64,000 nucleotides of DNA from Octopus vulgaris (GCA_951406725.2 OX597816.1:160580001-160644000); one strand, 5' to 3'; positions 26,315-39,224 are shown, counted from the stretch's first letter. The notes: generated from the letters alone by a model not told the origin. Translations and numbers: made by a program.

Positions 26315-27514
26315 AATGACAATAGGGTAATATGAAATTATTATTACCAGTGGCCTAGCACAAAAACGAATTAGTCATTAGACTATATATTATTCACATA
26401 GAAATACAATAAGAGGCTTCCAAATAGGAAAGCATTGTGCTAGAAAGAGCTGTAGAAAACTCAAAACCACCAAATAAGGATAAATTTTCGAAAGGAATGA
26501 AAATTAAAAACGTTTACCATCTCAATTATTTCCCAGACTATGGTTTCTAACTATTTCCAGCAAAAAAATATTTGCTGAAGACCAGTTTCATCAGTGGGAC
26601 AGCCTTTCGATTTCAAATGCACAACACAGCCAGATCCACATGTAAAACTAACTGCTTGTATATTCTAACTTTTCAGACCACTGCGCAGACGCAGATTATA
26701 CTCGGCGACAGAGAGGATGCCGGTAAAAGTTTCAAACTAATTTATCAGAGAATATTTAAACATAATAAATAACAATAGGGTAATAAGAAATTATTATTTA
26801 ATTCCAACATCATATCTGATAGCTTGGTAGCACTTTCTATCTCGATGACATTTTGTGAGCTAATGATCACGTCGGTTCCCTTTCCACCATTATTTCATAG
26901 GACGTGACATCGTTTATCACATTTAGAAGCATTCCATACTCCTGTTTTCTGCTTTGGTTTGTTAATTACAGTCTAAAATCAGAAATGCATAACCTTCATA
27001 ACGAAAAGTGGGGTAGCGATTACTAATATAAAGAACCTAGTTCCTCTTTACATATATACCCAACGTAACGAGAGGCTTTCTATTGTGATCTAGATCCAGG
27101 ATTAGATTATTCTGGTTTATCTATGTTAACGTCGCTTTTAAGACTTCTAATCTGATATTCAAACATAGCTTTCAGCTGATAAACAGTGAGATTTGTTTCT
27201 TACGACTGGTAAAAAAAAATGTTTTGCATCCCTGGGTATATATTTATAGTTGGAATATAATAAATATTTACATAGAAGATTTTTTTCCAGTTTTTCTAAT
27301 TTTATTTTTCATGCATGTAGGCTTCACGAATAAGCTCACTTCTGTGTCTGGAAATTATAAACAATTGCAGTGTAAAATAATGTATTTAAACAGTCTGAGC
27401 AGATATATCGTTTGCCTTATTTTCATTGGAATCAAATTTTGTGGCTGTTGACTCTAAAATGGCTGACTGACCAGATCAATCACCAAGGACATTCCAGCCG
27501 TCACTATCATACCT

Positions 27515-27740
27515 ATTGCTTTACTACCCACAAGGGGCTAAACACAGAGAGGACAGACAAACCGATTAAGTCGATTATATCGACCCCAGTGCGTAACTGG
27601 TACTTAATTTATCGACCCCGAAAGGATGAAAGGCAAAGTCGACCTCGGCGGAATTTGAACTCTGAACGTAACGGCAGACGAAATACTGCTAGGCATTTTG
27701 CCCGGCGTGCTAACGTTTCTGCCAGCTCGCCGCCTTTATA
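27515..27740 (-). mobile_element. SINE type B monomer with 14-bp TSD
   Basis: TSD TCACTATCATACCT at 27501-27514 and 27741-27754. Complete head AAGGCGGCGAGCTGGCAGAAACGTTAGC. Confidence 0.9.
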
Positions 27741-28269
27741 TCACTATCATACCTTTTGCCTTCTATGCAGAGCTCACCAGGGAATACATTATTCAATGTG
27801 TCCTTCCTTTTTAAGGTGATTCAGAGAAATTTGATGGAGATTTCGTCGCTATTTCTAGAAGATCGGGTAAACACGTAAAGCACCTTTTATTGCCTAACTT
27901 TGATAGTTGGTGGTGGTGGTGGAGGAGGAGGAGAAGGTGATGAGGATGACAACAACGACGATGATGATAATTGTGGTAGTAGTGGCAGTAGTGGCGGAGG
28001 AGGCGATGGAGGAAGTGGTGGCACTGGTGGGAGTGGTGTTGATGGTACTTAAACCCATGAATTCCACCTTTTCTTAAGAGTATAAATGTGATCGCCTAAT
28101 GTTCTTCTCTCCGTGGCTACATTATCAAATGCCTTCTATAATTACTTAAGACGGCAGCGTGTGATTTGATAAAGATGTGACTGCTGTTTCCAGCGGATCG
28201 CATGACTACGAAGTGGATTGTTTTACCGTTAAATAATTCAGTCAATACAATATGCGATGAGAAGGATTC

Positions 28270-28307
<38 letters not shown>

Positions 28308-28345
28308 ATGGTGGTATTGGTGGTGGTGGTGGTGGTAGCAGCAGC

Positions 28346-28393
<48 letters not shown>

Positions 28394-28472
28394 GGTGGTG
28401 GTGGTGGTGGTGGTGGTGGTAGTAGTAGTAGTAGTAGTGGTGGTGGTGGTGGTGGTGGTGGTGGTGGTGGTG

Positions 28473-28506
<34 letters not shown>

Positions 28507-28530
28507 CAGCAGCAACAGCAGCAGTAATAG
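28270..28530. repeat. (GTA)n/(GTG)n block
   Basis: Directly visible. Confidence 0.95.
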
Positions 28531-28914
28531 TAGTGATTGTATCCATGACACAGATGTCTTCAAGTTTGCCAAACATTTCTATTCATGGTGATATACCAAT
28601 AAAAAATGTTACCGGCAATTGATTTTTTTCCGTTGCCATATTTTTAAGCTCTGGGGTAGCATTCCCAGAGTTATATATTCATTATTGGCAGAAACAGTTA
28701 TTTTTGCGTCAATCCCAAGGCGTTTTCTAACATTTCTTTGTCATATATTAGTGAACTAGTTCGCCGTTGATATTTATTCTATCTGTCTCATTTGTTCGCA
28801 TTTAGAGCACAAATCATTTATAAAGGTGGTGGTGGTGGTGGTGGCATGCTCCAGCTCGGTCTACACAGGAAATGCGGTAACCAAGTCGTTTGTGTTAATA
28901 TTATCTCTGTGAAG

Positions 28915-29315
28915 AAGGCAGTGAGTTGGCAGAATCGTTAGCACGCCGGACGAAATGCTGAGCGGTATTTCGTCCGTCTTCACGTTCTGAGTTCAAATTC
29001 CGCCGAGGTCAACTTTGCCTTTCATCCTTTCGGGGTCGATTAAATAAGTACCAGTTACGCACTGGGGTTGATATAATCGACTTAATCCGTTTGTCTGTCT
29101 TAGTTTGTCCTCTCTGTGTTTAGCCCCTTGTGGGTAGTAAAGAAATGGGTATTTCGTCCGTCTTCATGTTCTGAGTTCAAATTCCGCCGAGCTCGACTTT
29201 GCTTTTTATCTTTTCGAGGACGATAAAATAAGTACCAGTTGAGTACTGGGGTGGACGCAATCGACCAACCTCCTTCCTCCAAGTTGCTGACCTTATACCA
29301 AAATTTGAAACCAAT
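28915..29315 (+). mobile_element. SINE type B dimer
   Basis: Full head unit followed by a 5'-truncated unit starting at GGTATTTCGTC. Confidence 0.8.
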
Positions 29316-29529
29316 ATCATCTCCGTCAAGAAAGGACGGTGGATTGGCAGAATTGTTGGTGCCTTGCGGGTTTGTTCCGCCTTTTTACGTTCTGACTTCA
29401 GACCTTTGCTTTCATCCTTCTATCATCATCATCACCTCCTGAACATTAACGTCGCGAGGTCTAAGGCTCATAGGGCCTTTTACTCGGCTTCCATTGTGTA
29501 TAAGTGACCGAGATCACAACAATACTCCT

Positions 29530-29698
29530 GAACGGGAGGCCAGTTTGTCCCAGGGTTACTTATTTACAACTGAATGGACAGGAGCAACGTAAAATGAAAT
29601 GTTTTCTCAAGAAAACAACGTACTACCCTGTCCAGGAATTGAAACCGTTATTTTGTGATTGTGAATGCAACACCTTAAACACTAAGTCACGCGCCTTC
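29530..29698 (-). mobile_element. SINE head D + degenerate tail V
   Basis: CACTAAGTCACGCGCCTTC end, GGAGCAACGTAAAATGAAATG, GGGAGGCCAG...CAGGGTTAC. Confidence 0.55.
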
Positions 29699-31917
29699 GC
29701 CTTTCATCCTTTCGTCGTCGATAAAATAAAATGCCATTCAAGTACTGGCGTCGATGTAATCGCTTTCACCCTCGCCGCCTCCCGCCTGAAATTAAAAATC
29801 AATGTTACGTCTCTTAAAGCTTTCTAAAAGGGAATGTTTTTGCTTTTAACCGATCAGATCAAATGCTCTTCCTTTCACCTTTCATAAATGTTATTACTGG
29901 TTTAGCTGGCAGTATGAGCAGGAATTTTAAAAGAACTTAGAATCAAGGCAGCAACACGTTTTCCAGGCTATCTTCCTCATTCTTAGAAGAAGGGCAAGGA
30001 TCGCAGCATTAGATTCTTGTTGCACACTTCTATAAACTCTCGGTTATCAGTAAACACTCCTCTACAGACAACCAATAGTTTCCTTGTGTTCAATATTATA
30101 TGACTTACCAGAGAGACATAGTCGCTCACTCTTGATGATCTCATATTTTATATTCAGTTTCATCATACTAACTCAAAATTTGATCACATTTGCAATTCCC
30201 TGTTGCTGTCTAACCCCAAGTCAGATCTGGTTCAGCAGAAATATGATAAAAATCATTGCAATCGTGAACATCCCTTCTTTTTAGGAGGTTTCTAAGACTA
30301 TATTATTGAGCGTACATTTCATTTTCAGTAAAGTGTGTTTTGAAGTAAGTCTGGCTGTTATTTATTTATAGTAAGCAAAGTGACTTCGTTGAAGCTTTTG
30401 CCAGGATGCGTCTGCCTCGAAATAAAACACCGAAAACAGAATTAAATGTTGCTATTTCTGTTATAAAGTTTACCTCACCTCACATAACAAGGTTTTGCGA
30501 AAAAAAAAATGACAATAAATGAAAATAAAACTTGCTATGTGAGGGATGTTTTTTTTTTTTTTTTTGCAAAACCTTTTTTAAAAAATCTGCTCAACATACG
30601 CTTTAAACGCCCTTTTCTTTCTACTCAAAGTTCATCTATAATTTCATCGGTGACTTTGTAGTTGTGTTGCAGAAGTTCAGACAGAGGTATAATTTGGTTG
30701 GGTATAATTTCGGGTGTAATTTGTACATCGGAGTTTGACATACCAATGTTCTTAGCTGTCTGCTTGGTTATGTTTTGAGCTGTCTTTATTAATTACATGA
30801 ATCTTGGTATATACATATTGGCTTGCTTTGCATGTATACACGCTCGCACGCTCGCACGCACACATACACACACATTACCTTGGTATTTCAATTTCAAGGT
30901 ACGAGCATAGCATAATATTTTTTTAAAACGCTGTAGTTTTTATTATTAGCATTCAAGGATCAAATAACTTCCGTCTTCTCTTTTATACCGTTTTTACGTC
31001 ATTTAAGGATCTTCTAGCAGAAGCAGTCATGTGTACGGTCTGTACCGAATGCATCTTGTTTCAACTTTATTCCTTCACTCGTGATTTTCCTCGGCAAATT
31101 ATCTAGTCACCCACTGATATATCAGCCACATGATCAAAGAAATCCCAACCGTGATCATCACATCGAGTTTGTTTCTCTTCTTTTTTCTTTTTTCTTTTTT
31201 CAGACATTGTTTATCTAGAGTTATATTATCCAATGTGGCCTTTCACCTCACACTCAAAACTGTTGAGCGTGATAAGGAGAGAGAATCAGCTGCTTTTTCT
31301 TGCACATATAGTAACTGTGTGAGCGCCTTCGCGTAGGAAGAAATCAGATAAAGAATCCTTTGGTATGAACATCACTGAGCACTGCCAACTTCATCATCTA
31401 TAGAACCAAAACCCTATTTCCATTGGTTGGTTGTACTTGTCGCTTCACCGACCCAAGGCACAGTTCGTGTTGTTATTGTTACTGTTGTTGTTGTTGTCGT
31501 TGTTGATTAATCACGTCAACCATCATTGAACAAAAACGCTCCAAATGCAAGGATCCAATAATTTTTACCAATATCCAATACATTAGCCAATATGCTCTTC
31601 CTTTTTAAGACATATTTAGCAGTTATTTCTAGCAGTTTGACCAAGCACCAAGAGGATCCCCTATTTGCTCGTTTGTTGTTTAAATTTCCATTAATGACAA
31701 GACAATCTCTTGCTTGTATCAAATGGCTGCTGTCCGACGACTTTGTTTTGATCTTGGTTTTCAACTGTCATGTCGACTGTTGTCCATTGCAGAGATGCCA
31801 GACAGGAGAAGATGCTGATCTACTTATAAAGCTTATTGTACTAAATATATAACGATGCATGGACTATATACTAATGCATTATAGACTAATCTTCTAGATA
31901 TTATATACTATTGCAAT

Positions 31918-32106
31918 GAAGGCGCGTGGCTTAGTGGTTATGGTATGTGGCTCACGATCGTAATGTCGTGAGTTCGATTCCCGGCAGCACGTTGTGTCCT
32001 TGTGCAAGGTACTTTATTTTGCGTTGCTTCAATCCACTCAGCTGATGGGAAATGAGCTGTACCCGTAATTCAAAGGGCCATCCTTGTCACAGTTTGTGAC
32101 AAGGCT
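31918..32106 (+). mobile_element. SINE head D + start of tail X
   Basis: GAAGGCGCGTGGCTTAGTGGTTA...GAGTTCGATTCCCGG...TTCAAAGGGCCATCCTTGTCAC. Confidence 0.75.
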
Positions 32107-32122
32107 GATTATGTGAACATTG

Positions 32123-32445
32123 TTCGAACAAATCGACCCCAGGACTTATTCTTTGTAAGTCTAGTACTCATTCTATCGATATCTTTTGCTGAACCGTTAA
32201 GTTACGGGGACGTAAACATGCCAACATCGGTTGTCAAGCGATGGTGGGGGAACAAACACAAACACACACATACACATATATATATATATACGAAAGCTTC
32301 TTTCAGTTTCCGGCTACCAAATCCGCTCACAAGGCTTTGGTCAGCTCGAGGCTATAGTAGAAGACACTTGCCTAAGGTACGATGCAGTGGACTGAACCTG
32401 GAACCATGTGCTTGGTAAGCAAGATATTTACCACAGTCACTCCTG

Positions 32446-32447
<2 letters not shown>
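32123..32447 (-). mobile_element. SINE type A
   Basis: TCGAACAAATCGACCCCAGGACTTATTC ... CACAGTCACTCCTGC. Confidence 0.8.
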
Positions 32448-32500
<53 letters not shown>

Positions 32501-32545
32501 TATATATGTATGTATTTCATGCATATACAGATAAAAACATATATA

Positions 32546-32749
32546 CGAAGGGGTACTAAAAAGTTCCTGGCGTTCGGTAAAAGAAAATACAGAAGGATCA
32601 GTTAATTATGATTTTATCAAACATACTTCCCTCTCAGATTCACACACTCATTGCAGTGGTCCTTCAGTTTTTCTAAGCCCTGTAAAAGAACTCGAAAGGT
32701 TAGGCCTCCAGCCAGGCCTTAAAGCCAGGAACTTTTCAGCACTCCTTTA
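32546..32749. mobile_element. Tc1/mariner MITE
   Basis: TA on both flanks. TIRs CGAAGGGGTACTAAAAAGTTCCTGGC / GCCAGGAACTTTTCAGCACTCCTTTA. Internal minus-strand remnant QGLEKLKDHCNECVNLRGKYV*. Confidence 0.8.
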
Positions 32750-32831
32750 TATTAAATACCAGTGGGTGGACAAACCAAAGGAACTAGCACTCAACACATT
32801 TGGTAGGAGTTACATAGAGTTGTATTTATTC

Positions 32832-32995
32832 TTTAATAGTCGTTTGACTCAGCTCCATGCAACTTAGAGTTTTGTAGGTTCGCAGGACGAAGCCAACTCG
32901 TCAGGCGTATAGAGAGAGATACCTGATAAGTTAGGTTCATTCTACGAACCTACGAAACTTTAAGTTACATGGAACTGAGTCAAACTGTTATTAAA
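32832..32995. repeat. About 165-bp imperfect hairpin (palindromic MITE-like)
   Basis: Arms of about 78 bp around an AGAGAG loop. Mismatches are mostly transitions. Confidence 0.85.
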
Positions 32996-33006
32996 TTACA
33001 CACACA

Positions 33007-33051
<45 letters not shown>

Positions 33052-33630
33052 ACACACATTCACCCTATGTACTCTATACTGGTATACTGTGTATTGAAAT
33101 ATTATGTACTATTGGTTTATATATACTGAAGTAGGGCATACAGATGCTGGTTTATGTATACTGGTCTCTCTATATATTTACCAGCAAACGTGTGTGTGTG
33201 TGTGTGTGTGTGTGCGTGTGTGTATGTATGTGTACGTGTGTTTGCATCTATGTATGTTTACATGTATGTATAAGTGCAATCTCCCATATGAGTATTCAGT
33301 AAAGAAGACAAAACGGTTCAAACGCGAAATGATAAAAGAACAACATTGAAACAAACACAACCAGTTGGACTGGAAAAACACATCACAAACCTACAAAACA
33401 AACACATGACCAGTAAAATTACAAATATGCAGAACTGGTTATCTACATACAAATATACCAAACTAATTAATTTTATGTTTGTTATTTACAATAGTTACAT
33501 ACAAGTTAATCTATTCTACTTGATGACTACGCATGGGTATCTTTATTATGTACGTTTATTATTTACGATATAGTTAAGTATAAATTAATATTTTATTTCA
33601 TGGCTAACATATATATGTATGTGTGTGTGC

Positions 33631-33684
<54 letters not shown>

Positions 33685-33869
33685 AAGTGTTTTACAAGGC
33701 CGACAATGGGTGCAACAGGTCAATGTTATATTGTGTTGACTCAAAGGTTTTACTATATTTTGTTAACTCATTTACTTTATCAAGTCAGCCAAATATTTTA
33801 ACGTAGAGGTCATCTGAAGCCACCTCCCTGCCAGTTCTTTGACCTTATGTTGATTCCCGTTCTTGTCCT

Positions 33870-34289
33870 TTGTGGTAATTTGCTTTATTCACCAAAATAC
33901 AACAAAAGCAGCCTAGCTTTCGAAGTAGAGGCCACCATGTTGCGCCGTCCGAAGCCACCTTTCTGCCAGTTTTTTGATTCCACGCTGATACCAGATCTTA
34001 TTCTTCGAGTCGAAGAACTCCTTCACTGAAGCTTCCACCTCCTTTTGATCGATGGAACTTACTATGTATACTAATATACTATATACTGGTCTGATGCGAC
34101 GCTTTCTCAACCAAGACGTGACAGAAGCTCCAACGGAGGAGTTCTTCGACTCGTAGAATAAGATCTGTTATCAGCGTGGGATCAAAAAACTGGCAGAAAG
34201 GTGGTTTCAGATGGCGCAACATGATGGCCTCTACTTCAAATGCTAGACTGCTTTTGTTGTATTTTGTCGAATAAAACAAATTACCACAA
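33870..34289. mobile_element. Fold-back element made of two inverted mariner transposase 3' ends
   Basis: Arms 33870-34035 and 34124-34289 are reverse complements and encode EFFDSKNKIWYQRGIKKLAERW...GLYF*, a mariner C-terminus. Confidence 0.8.
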
Positions 34290-34464
34290 TATTGCGAGGT
34301 TTTTGACTCCACACAAAATTTTGAGCAACACGAACGCGAAGATGGCTGATTAAGCCAGCATTTGACCTAAATGTAAAATCATAATTAAGGCAATAATAGT
34401 TTACAAGATGGTAAGTATTTTGGTGATTTGTTTATTTATTTATTTATTTATTTATTTCACACAG

Positions 34465-34682
34465 TTATTCTTTTATTCTTTTATTTGTTTCAGTCATTTG
34501 ACTGCGGCCATGTTGGAGCACCGCCTTTAGTCGAGCAAATCGACCCCAGGACTTATTCTTTGTAAGCCTAGTACTTATTCTATTGGTCCCTCTTGCTGAA
34601 CCGCTAAGTGACGGGGACGTAAACACACCAGCATCGGTTGTCAAGCGATGGTGGGGGGACAAACACAGATACACAAACATAT

Positions 34683-34732
<50 letters not shown>

Positions 34733-34876
34733 CATATCACGGCCTTCTTTCAGTTTCCGTCTACCAAATCCACTCACAAGGCTTTGGTCGGCCCGAGGCT
34801 ATAGTAGAAGACACTTGCCCAAGGTACCACGCAGTGGGATTGAACCCGGAACCATGTGGTTGGTAAGCAAGCTACT
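34465..34876 (-). mobile_element. SINE type A, young copy
   Basis: Close to consensus. Possible TSD TTTATTTCA (34451-34459 / 34876-34884). Confidence 0.85.
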
Positions 34877-35054
34877 TTATTTCATAAATATTTGCCATGA
34901 AGGCATAACAAAGAGGGGACGAGCAAGAACAGACAAACATAAAAGAGTGAAGTAGCTGTAACGATTAAATATTTACAATTTAAAATATACAATGATTTAA
35001 TAAATATGTTTATAACTTTTGACTGAAGCGTTGCTCATTACAAATGAAATTTGT

Positions 35055-35515
35055 AATGTCTTCTCTGAAGGATAGGCATCCGACCACCAGGGTAGACCTC
35101 TTGCTTTTTCTTTCCTGTTTTTGGTTTCCACTTAACTGGTGCCAAACACTCCCAGCTTCCTCGCCACAGGCTTCCATCTCATGAATCTCACACAGCCACC
35201 TCTGTTATGATGGAGAATCCGTTATGCCTCAAAGTTTGCAACTTTTGTGCCATGCTGATTTCTCCAAACCATTCGTCTGCTTGCAACATCCTCCTAACTA
35301 TGCATGTCTATCTTCAAGAGTTTTTAGGTAATCCTCTAATTTAATTTCTTTTTTTTTTTGCATGCCAACTCTCCACTGAGTATTTAGAACTTGCTCCTCA
35401 AACTGCAAAGACACACTTCGGGATCCTATCATTGCTCATTTGTAAAACGTGGCCATACCACTTCAATTGAGCTTCAATTAGGAACGCTTCAATACTATGG
35501 ATTTTGCACATTGAA
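35055..35515 (-). pseudogene. RTE/BovB-type LINE 3' end relic
   Basis: HSIEAFLIEAQLKWYGHVLQMSNDRIPKCVF is the typical RTE QLRW.GHV.RM...R.PK motif. Confidence 0.75.
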
Positions 35516-35575
35516 AAAATACGTGAGTATTTGTGTATGCACGTGCATGTATGTTTATTCATATGTCTGTGTGTT

Positions 35576-35638
<63 letters not shown>

Positions 35639-35701
35639 CAGTTGCCTAACTTATATAAACTTGTGGGCCACTTTATATAAAATCTCCCCCACACACACAC
35701 T

Positions 35702-35751
<50 letters not shown>

Positions 35752-35765
35752 AATATATATATATA

Positions 35766-35958
35766 GGACGCCATGATAGATCGTTAGCTCCTACACGCAT
35801 TTTTTTCTCTCCTTGTTTTTTTCTGTGTATCTTTCTGTCGAAGAGCGTAGGCTCGAAACGTAGAAGACTTTTTCTATTCCTGAGCGCTATACTAATACAT
35901 TTGTTTGTTTGTACTCCACCTGCCTCCGTCTTTTGTTTATTTTCGTAAACTTTCCCTT
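35766..35958 (+). mobile_element. Short microsatellite-inserted Penelope-like terminal repeat with hammerhead-like motif (copy 2)
   Basis: TCTTT-CTGTCGA-A-GAGC-GTAG-GCTC-GAAACGTA-GAAGA at 35830-35867. (TA)n on both sides. Confidence 0.6.
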
Positions 35959-36062
35959 TATATATATATATATATATATCATACAAACTCACACACTTAT
36001 ACAGGCATGTAGGCCTTCACTATATATACATGCATGCACGCATACACGAGCTCACACACGCA

Positions 36063-36126
<64 letters not shown>

Positions 36127-36334
36127 TACAAACGTGTAGGCGTATATGGTCGTAATAGCTTTTAAATAAAAAAAACGACTAAATGAAGGCAAGACAAATA
36201 AAAACAAGGAAGCCCTAAGTAGTTTGGGTCTTTTTTAATTGATAATTCATCTGAAGGGTTTCCTGTTTGTAATATTTGCACTCCTAACTTGTTGCTTCTT
36301 GCATCAGCTTGGGCGACAATTAATACCACGCTGC

Positions 36335-36516
36335 CTTCATCATCATCATCTTCCTCCTCATCATCATCATCGTCGTCATCATCATCATCGTCGTCATCAT
36401 CATCATCGTCATCATTATCATAATCAGCATCGTTGTAAACGAGCCTATTCTCACCGCCTTCATCATTACCGTCGTCGTCAACGTCGATATCATCGTCGTC
36501 GTCGTCGTCGTCGTCG

Positions 36517-36554
<38 letters not shown>

Positions 36555-36992
36555 GTCGTCGTCGTCACCCGTCACCCAGCACCAGCACCAGCATCACCAC
36601 CACCACCACCACCACCACCACCACCATCCTCGCTTCCTAATGCTCACGCGTCTAACTGCACGCCTAACTCGCTATATCCACTTCCTCTTCCTCCTCCATC
36701 ATCATCCGCGTTGTGGTCATCATAATAATCATGATCACCATTGCCGTTGTCGTTATTGTCATCGTCGTCGTCGTCGTCGTCGCCGTCATCCTCATCGCCG
36801 TCGTCATTCATCATCATCACATTATCATCAGTCTCATCATCACTGTCATCTTTCACCACGAATTCCAATCTTCCTTGTACTCATGCAGCTAATGTGGCCA
36901 CCACCACCACCACCGCCGCCGCCGCCGCCGCCACAACCACCACTGCCACCAATTTACGACCACCGCCACCGCCGACGCGATCACCACCATCA

Positions 36993-37070
<78 letters not shown>

Positions 37071-37118
37071 TACTACTAGTAGCACTACTACCACCACCTT
37101 CACCACCATTGCCACTAT

Positions 37119-37168
<50 letters not shown>

Positions 37169-37500
37169 TCATCTCTACTACGACCCCACCACCAACACCA
37201 TTACCACTACTACTACTACTACCACCACCACCACCACTACTATTACTACCGCCACCACTATTACTACTAGTGCTACTACTACTACTACTAGTACCACCAC
37301 TTCCACCGCTACTACTACTACTACCAGCTCTACCACTACCACCACCACCAACACTATTACTACTAGTGTTACTACTACTACCTAGTACCACCACTTCCAC
37401 CACCACCACTACTCTACCACCACCATCTATCATCACCTGAATCCCTACCACCACCACCACCACCACCACCACATTCATCATCACCCGCACCATCTGCACA
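36335..37500. repeat. Large compound trinucleotide block (CAT/CGT/CAC/CTA)n
   Basis: Directly visible. Confidence 0.95.
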
Positions 37501-37869
37501 TCACCCGTACCCTCACCACCCCCACCGCATCTCTATAAAACATCATCAAGTCTTAAAACAGTGTTTCCCAAAGGAGACATCGCCTCCATCTTGAAAATGA
37601 AGCACTTGGGGTTACTTGAGAAGGTGTTTTAAGAACGAAGGCCTTCTTGGGGGATTATTGTGTTTGCGGTAAACACGCAGGAATTCCCCGTGTTCTCATC
37701 TTCTACTCATGTGGGGTCCGCCCTTATAAGTAACAGGGAGTTGGGGCGTGGGGTAGGCAAAGATGATGAAGAATTAAAAGCAGGAAGTAGTGGAGCGGGA
37801 CATTTTGAAACCTGAGAATGATCTTTATAATGGGGCTCGGCGTCAGTTCGCCGACAGGAATATCGTTTT

Positions 37870-38072
37870 CTAATTTTGACACAAGGCCAGCAGTTTCGGG
37901 GGTGGGGTAAGTCGATTATATCGACCCCCAGTGCTCAACGGGTACATATTTTATCAACCCCGAAAGGATAAAAGACAAAGTCGACCTCGGCGGAATTTGA
38001 ACTCAAAATATAAAGACGGACGAAATGCCGCTAAGCATTTTGTCCCTCGTGTTAACGGTTCTGTCACTTCAC
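37870..38072 (-). mobile_element. SINE type B monomer
   Basis: AGTCGATTATATCGACCCC...AAAGTCGACCTCGGCGGAATTTGAACTC...CGCTAAGCATTT. Confidence 0.75.
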
Positions 38073-38162
38073 CATTAGTAATACTGAAATATTTCGTTTT
38101 TGCATTTGATTTACAAGATTCTTTATGTGAATTCGTGTGTTGAAGCATAATTTTTTGTTTCT

Positions 38163-38379
38163 CTCTTTACTCTTTTACTTGTTTCAGTCATTTGACTGCG
38201 GCCATACTAAAGCACCGCCTTTAGTCGAGCAAATCGACCCCAGAACGTATTCTTTGTAAGCCTAGTACTTATTCTATAGGTCTCTTAATGCCGAACCGCT
38301 AAGTGATGGGGGCGTAAACACACCATCATCGGTTGTTAAGCAATGTTGGGGCCACAAACACACACACAAACATATACAC

Positions 38380-38415
<36 letters not shown>

Positions 38416-38575
38416 GCATACATACATACGACATGCTTCTTTCAGTTTCCGTCTACCAAATCCACTCAAAAGGCTTTGGTCGGCCCGAGGATACAATAGA
38501 AGACACTTGCCCAAGGTGCCACGCAGTGGGACTGAACCCGGAACCATGAGGTAGGTAAGTAAGCTACTTACCACG
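38163..38575 (-). mobile_element. SINE type A
   Basis: Both modules present and close to consensus. Confidence 0.85.
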
Positions 38576-39167
38576 AGAGTCATGCACTTTTAGTGACTTA
38601 CTACTGAACACACTCACCGGTTCGATCTCCACTCATTTATTTTTGTTTTCTAAAATTTTCGTTGCGTCTTGAAACCTTTTCAATAGTCGTTGACTCTGTC
38701 CATTATCCGAGCTGCGTTCTTTTTGTTTGTGCACATGTGTGTGGGTCAATATCCATGTGTATACACATATGTATACATGTATGTATGTATGTATGTGTGT
38801 ATGTATGTATGTATGTATGTATGTATGTATGTATGTATGTATGTATGTATGTATGTATGTATTTATGTATGTATGTATGTATGTACGTACGTATGTATGT
38901 ATGTATGTATGTATGTATGTATGTATGTGTATGTATGCATGTATGTGTATGCATACATATATGTATGCCTGTTTATATGTTTCGATGTATGTATGTATGT
39001 ATTGTGCATATTCATGTTTGTGTGTGTGCGTGTGTGTATTTGTGTGTGCATGTTTGAGTGTGTCTAAGTGTATGGGTTTGTGTGTGAAGTGCGCATGTGT
39101 GTATATGGTCACGTGTTTCAGTCTTCATTTGTGTATGTATGTGTGTATGTGTGTGATACATTTTTAT

Positions 39168-39223
<56 letters not shown>

Positions 39224-39224
39224 G

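Noticed and set aside
36162-37499. Long poly-H/T/P/D/V ORFs, up to 266 aa
   Set aside because: Open in several frames on both strands because of trinucleotide repeats. No non-repetitive coding signal.
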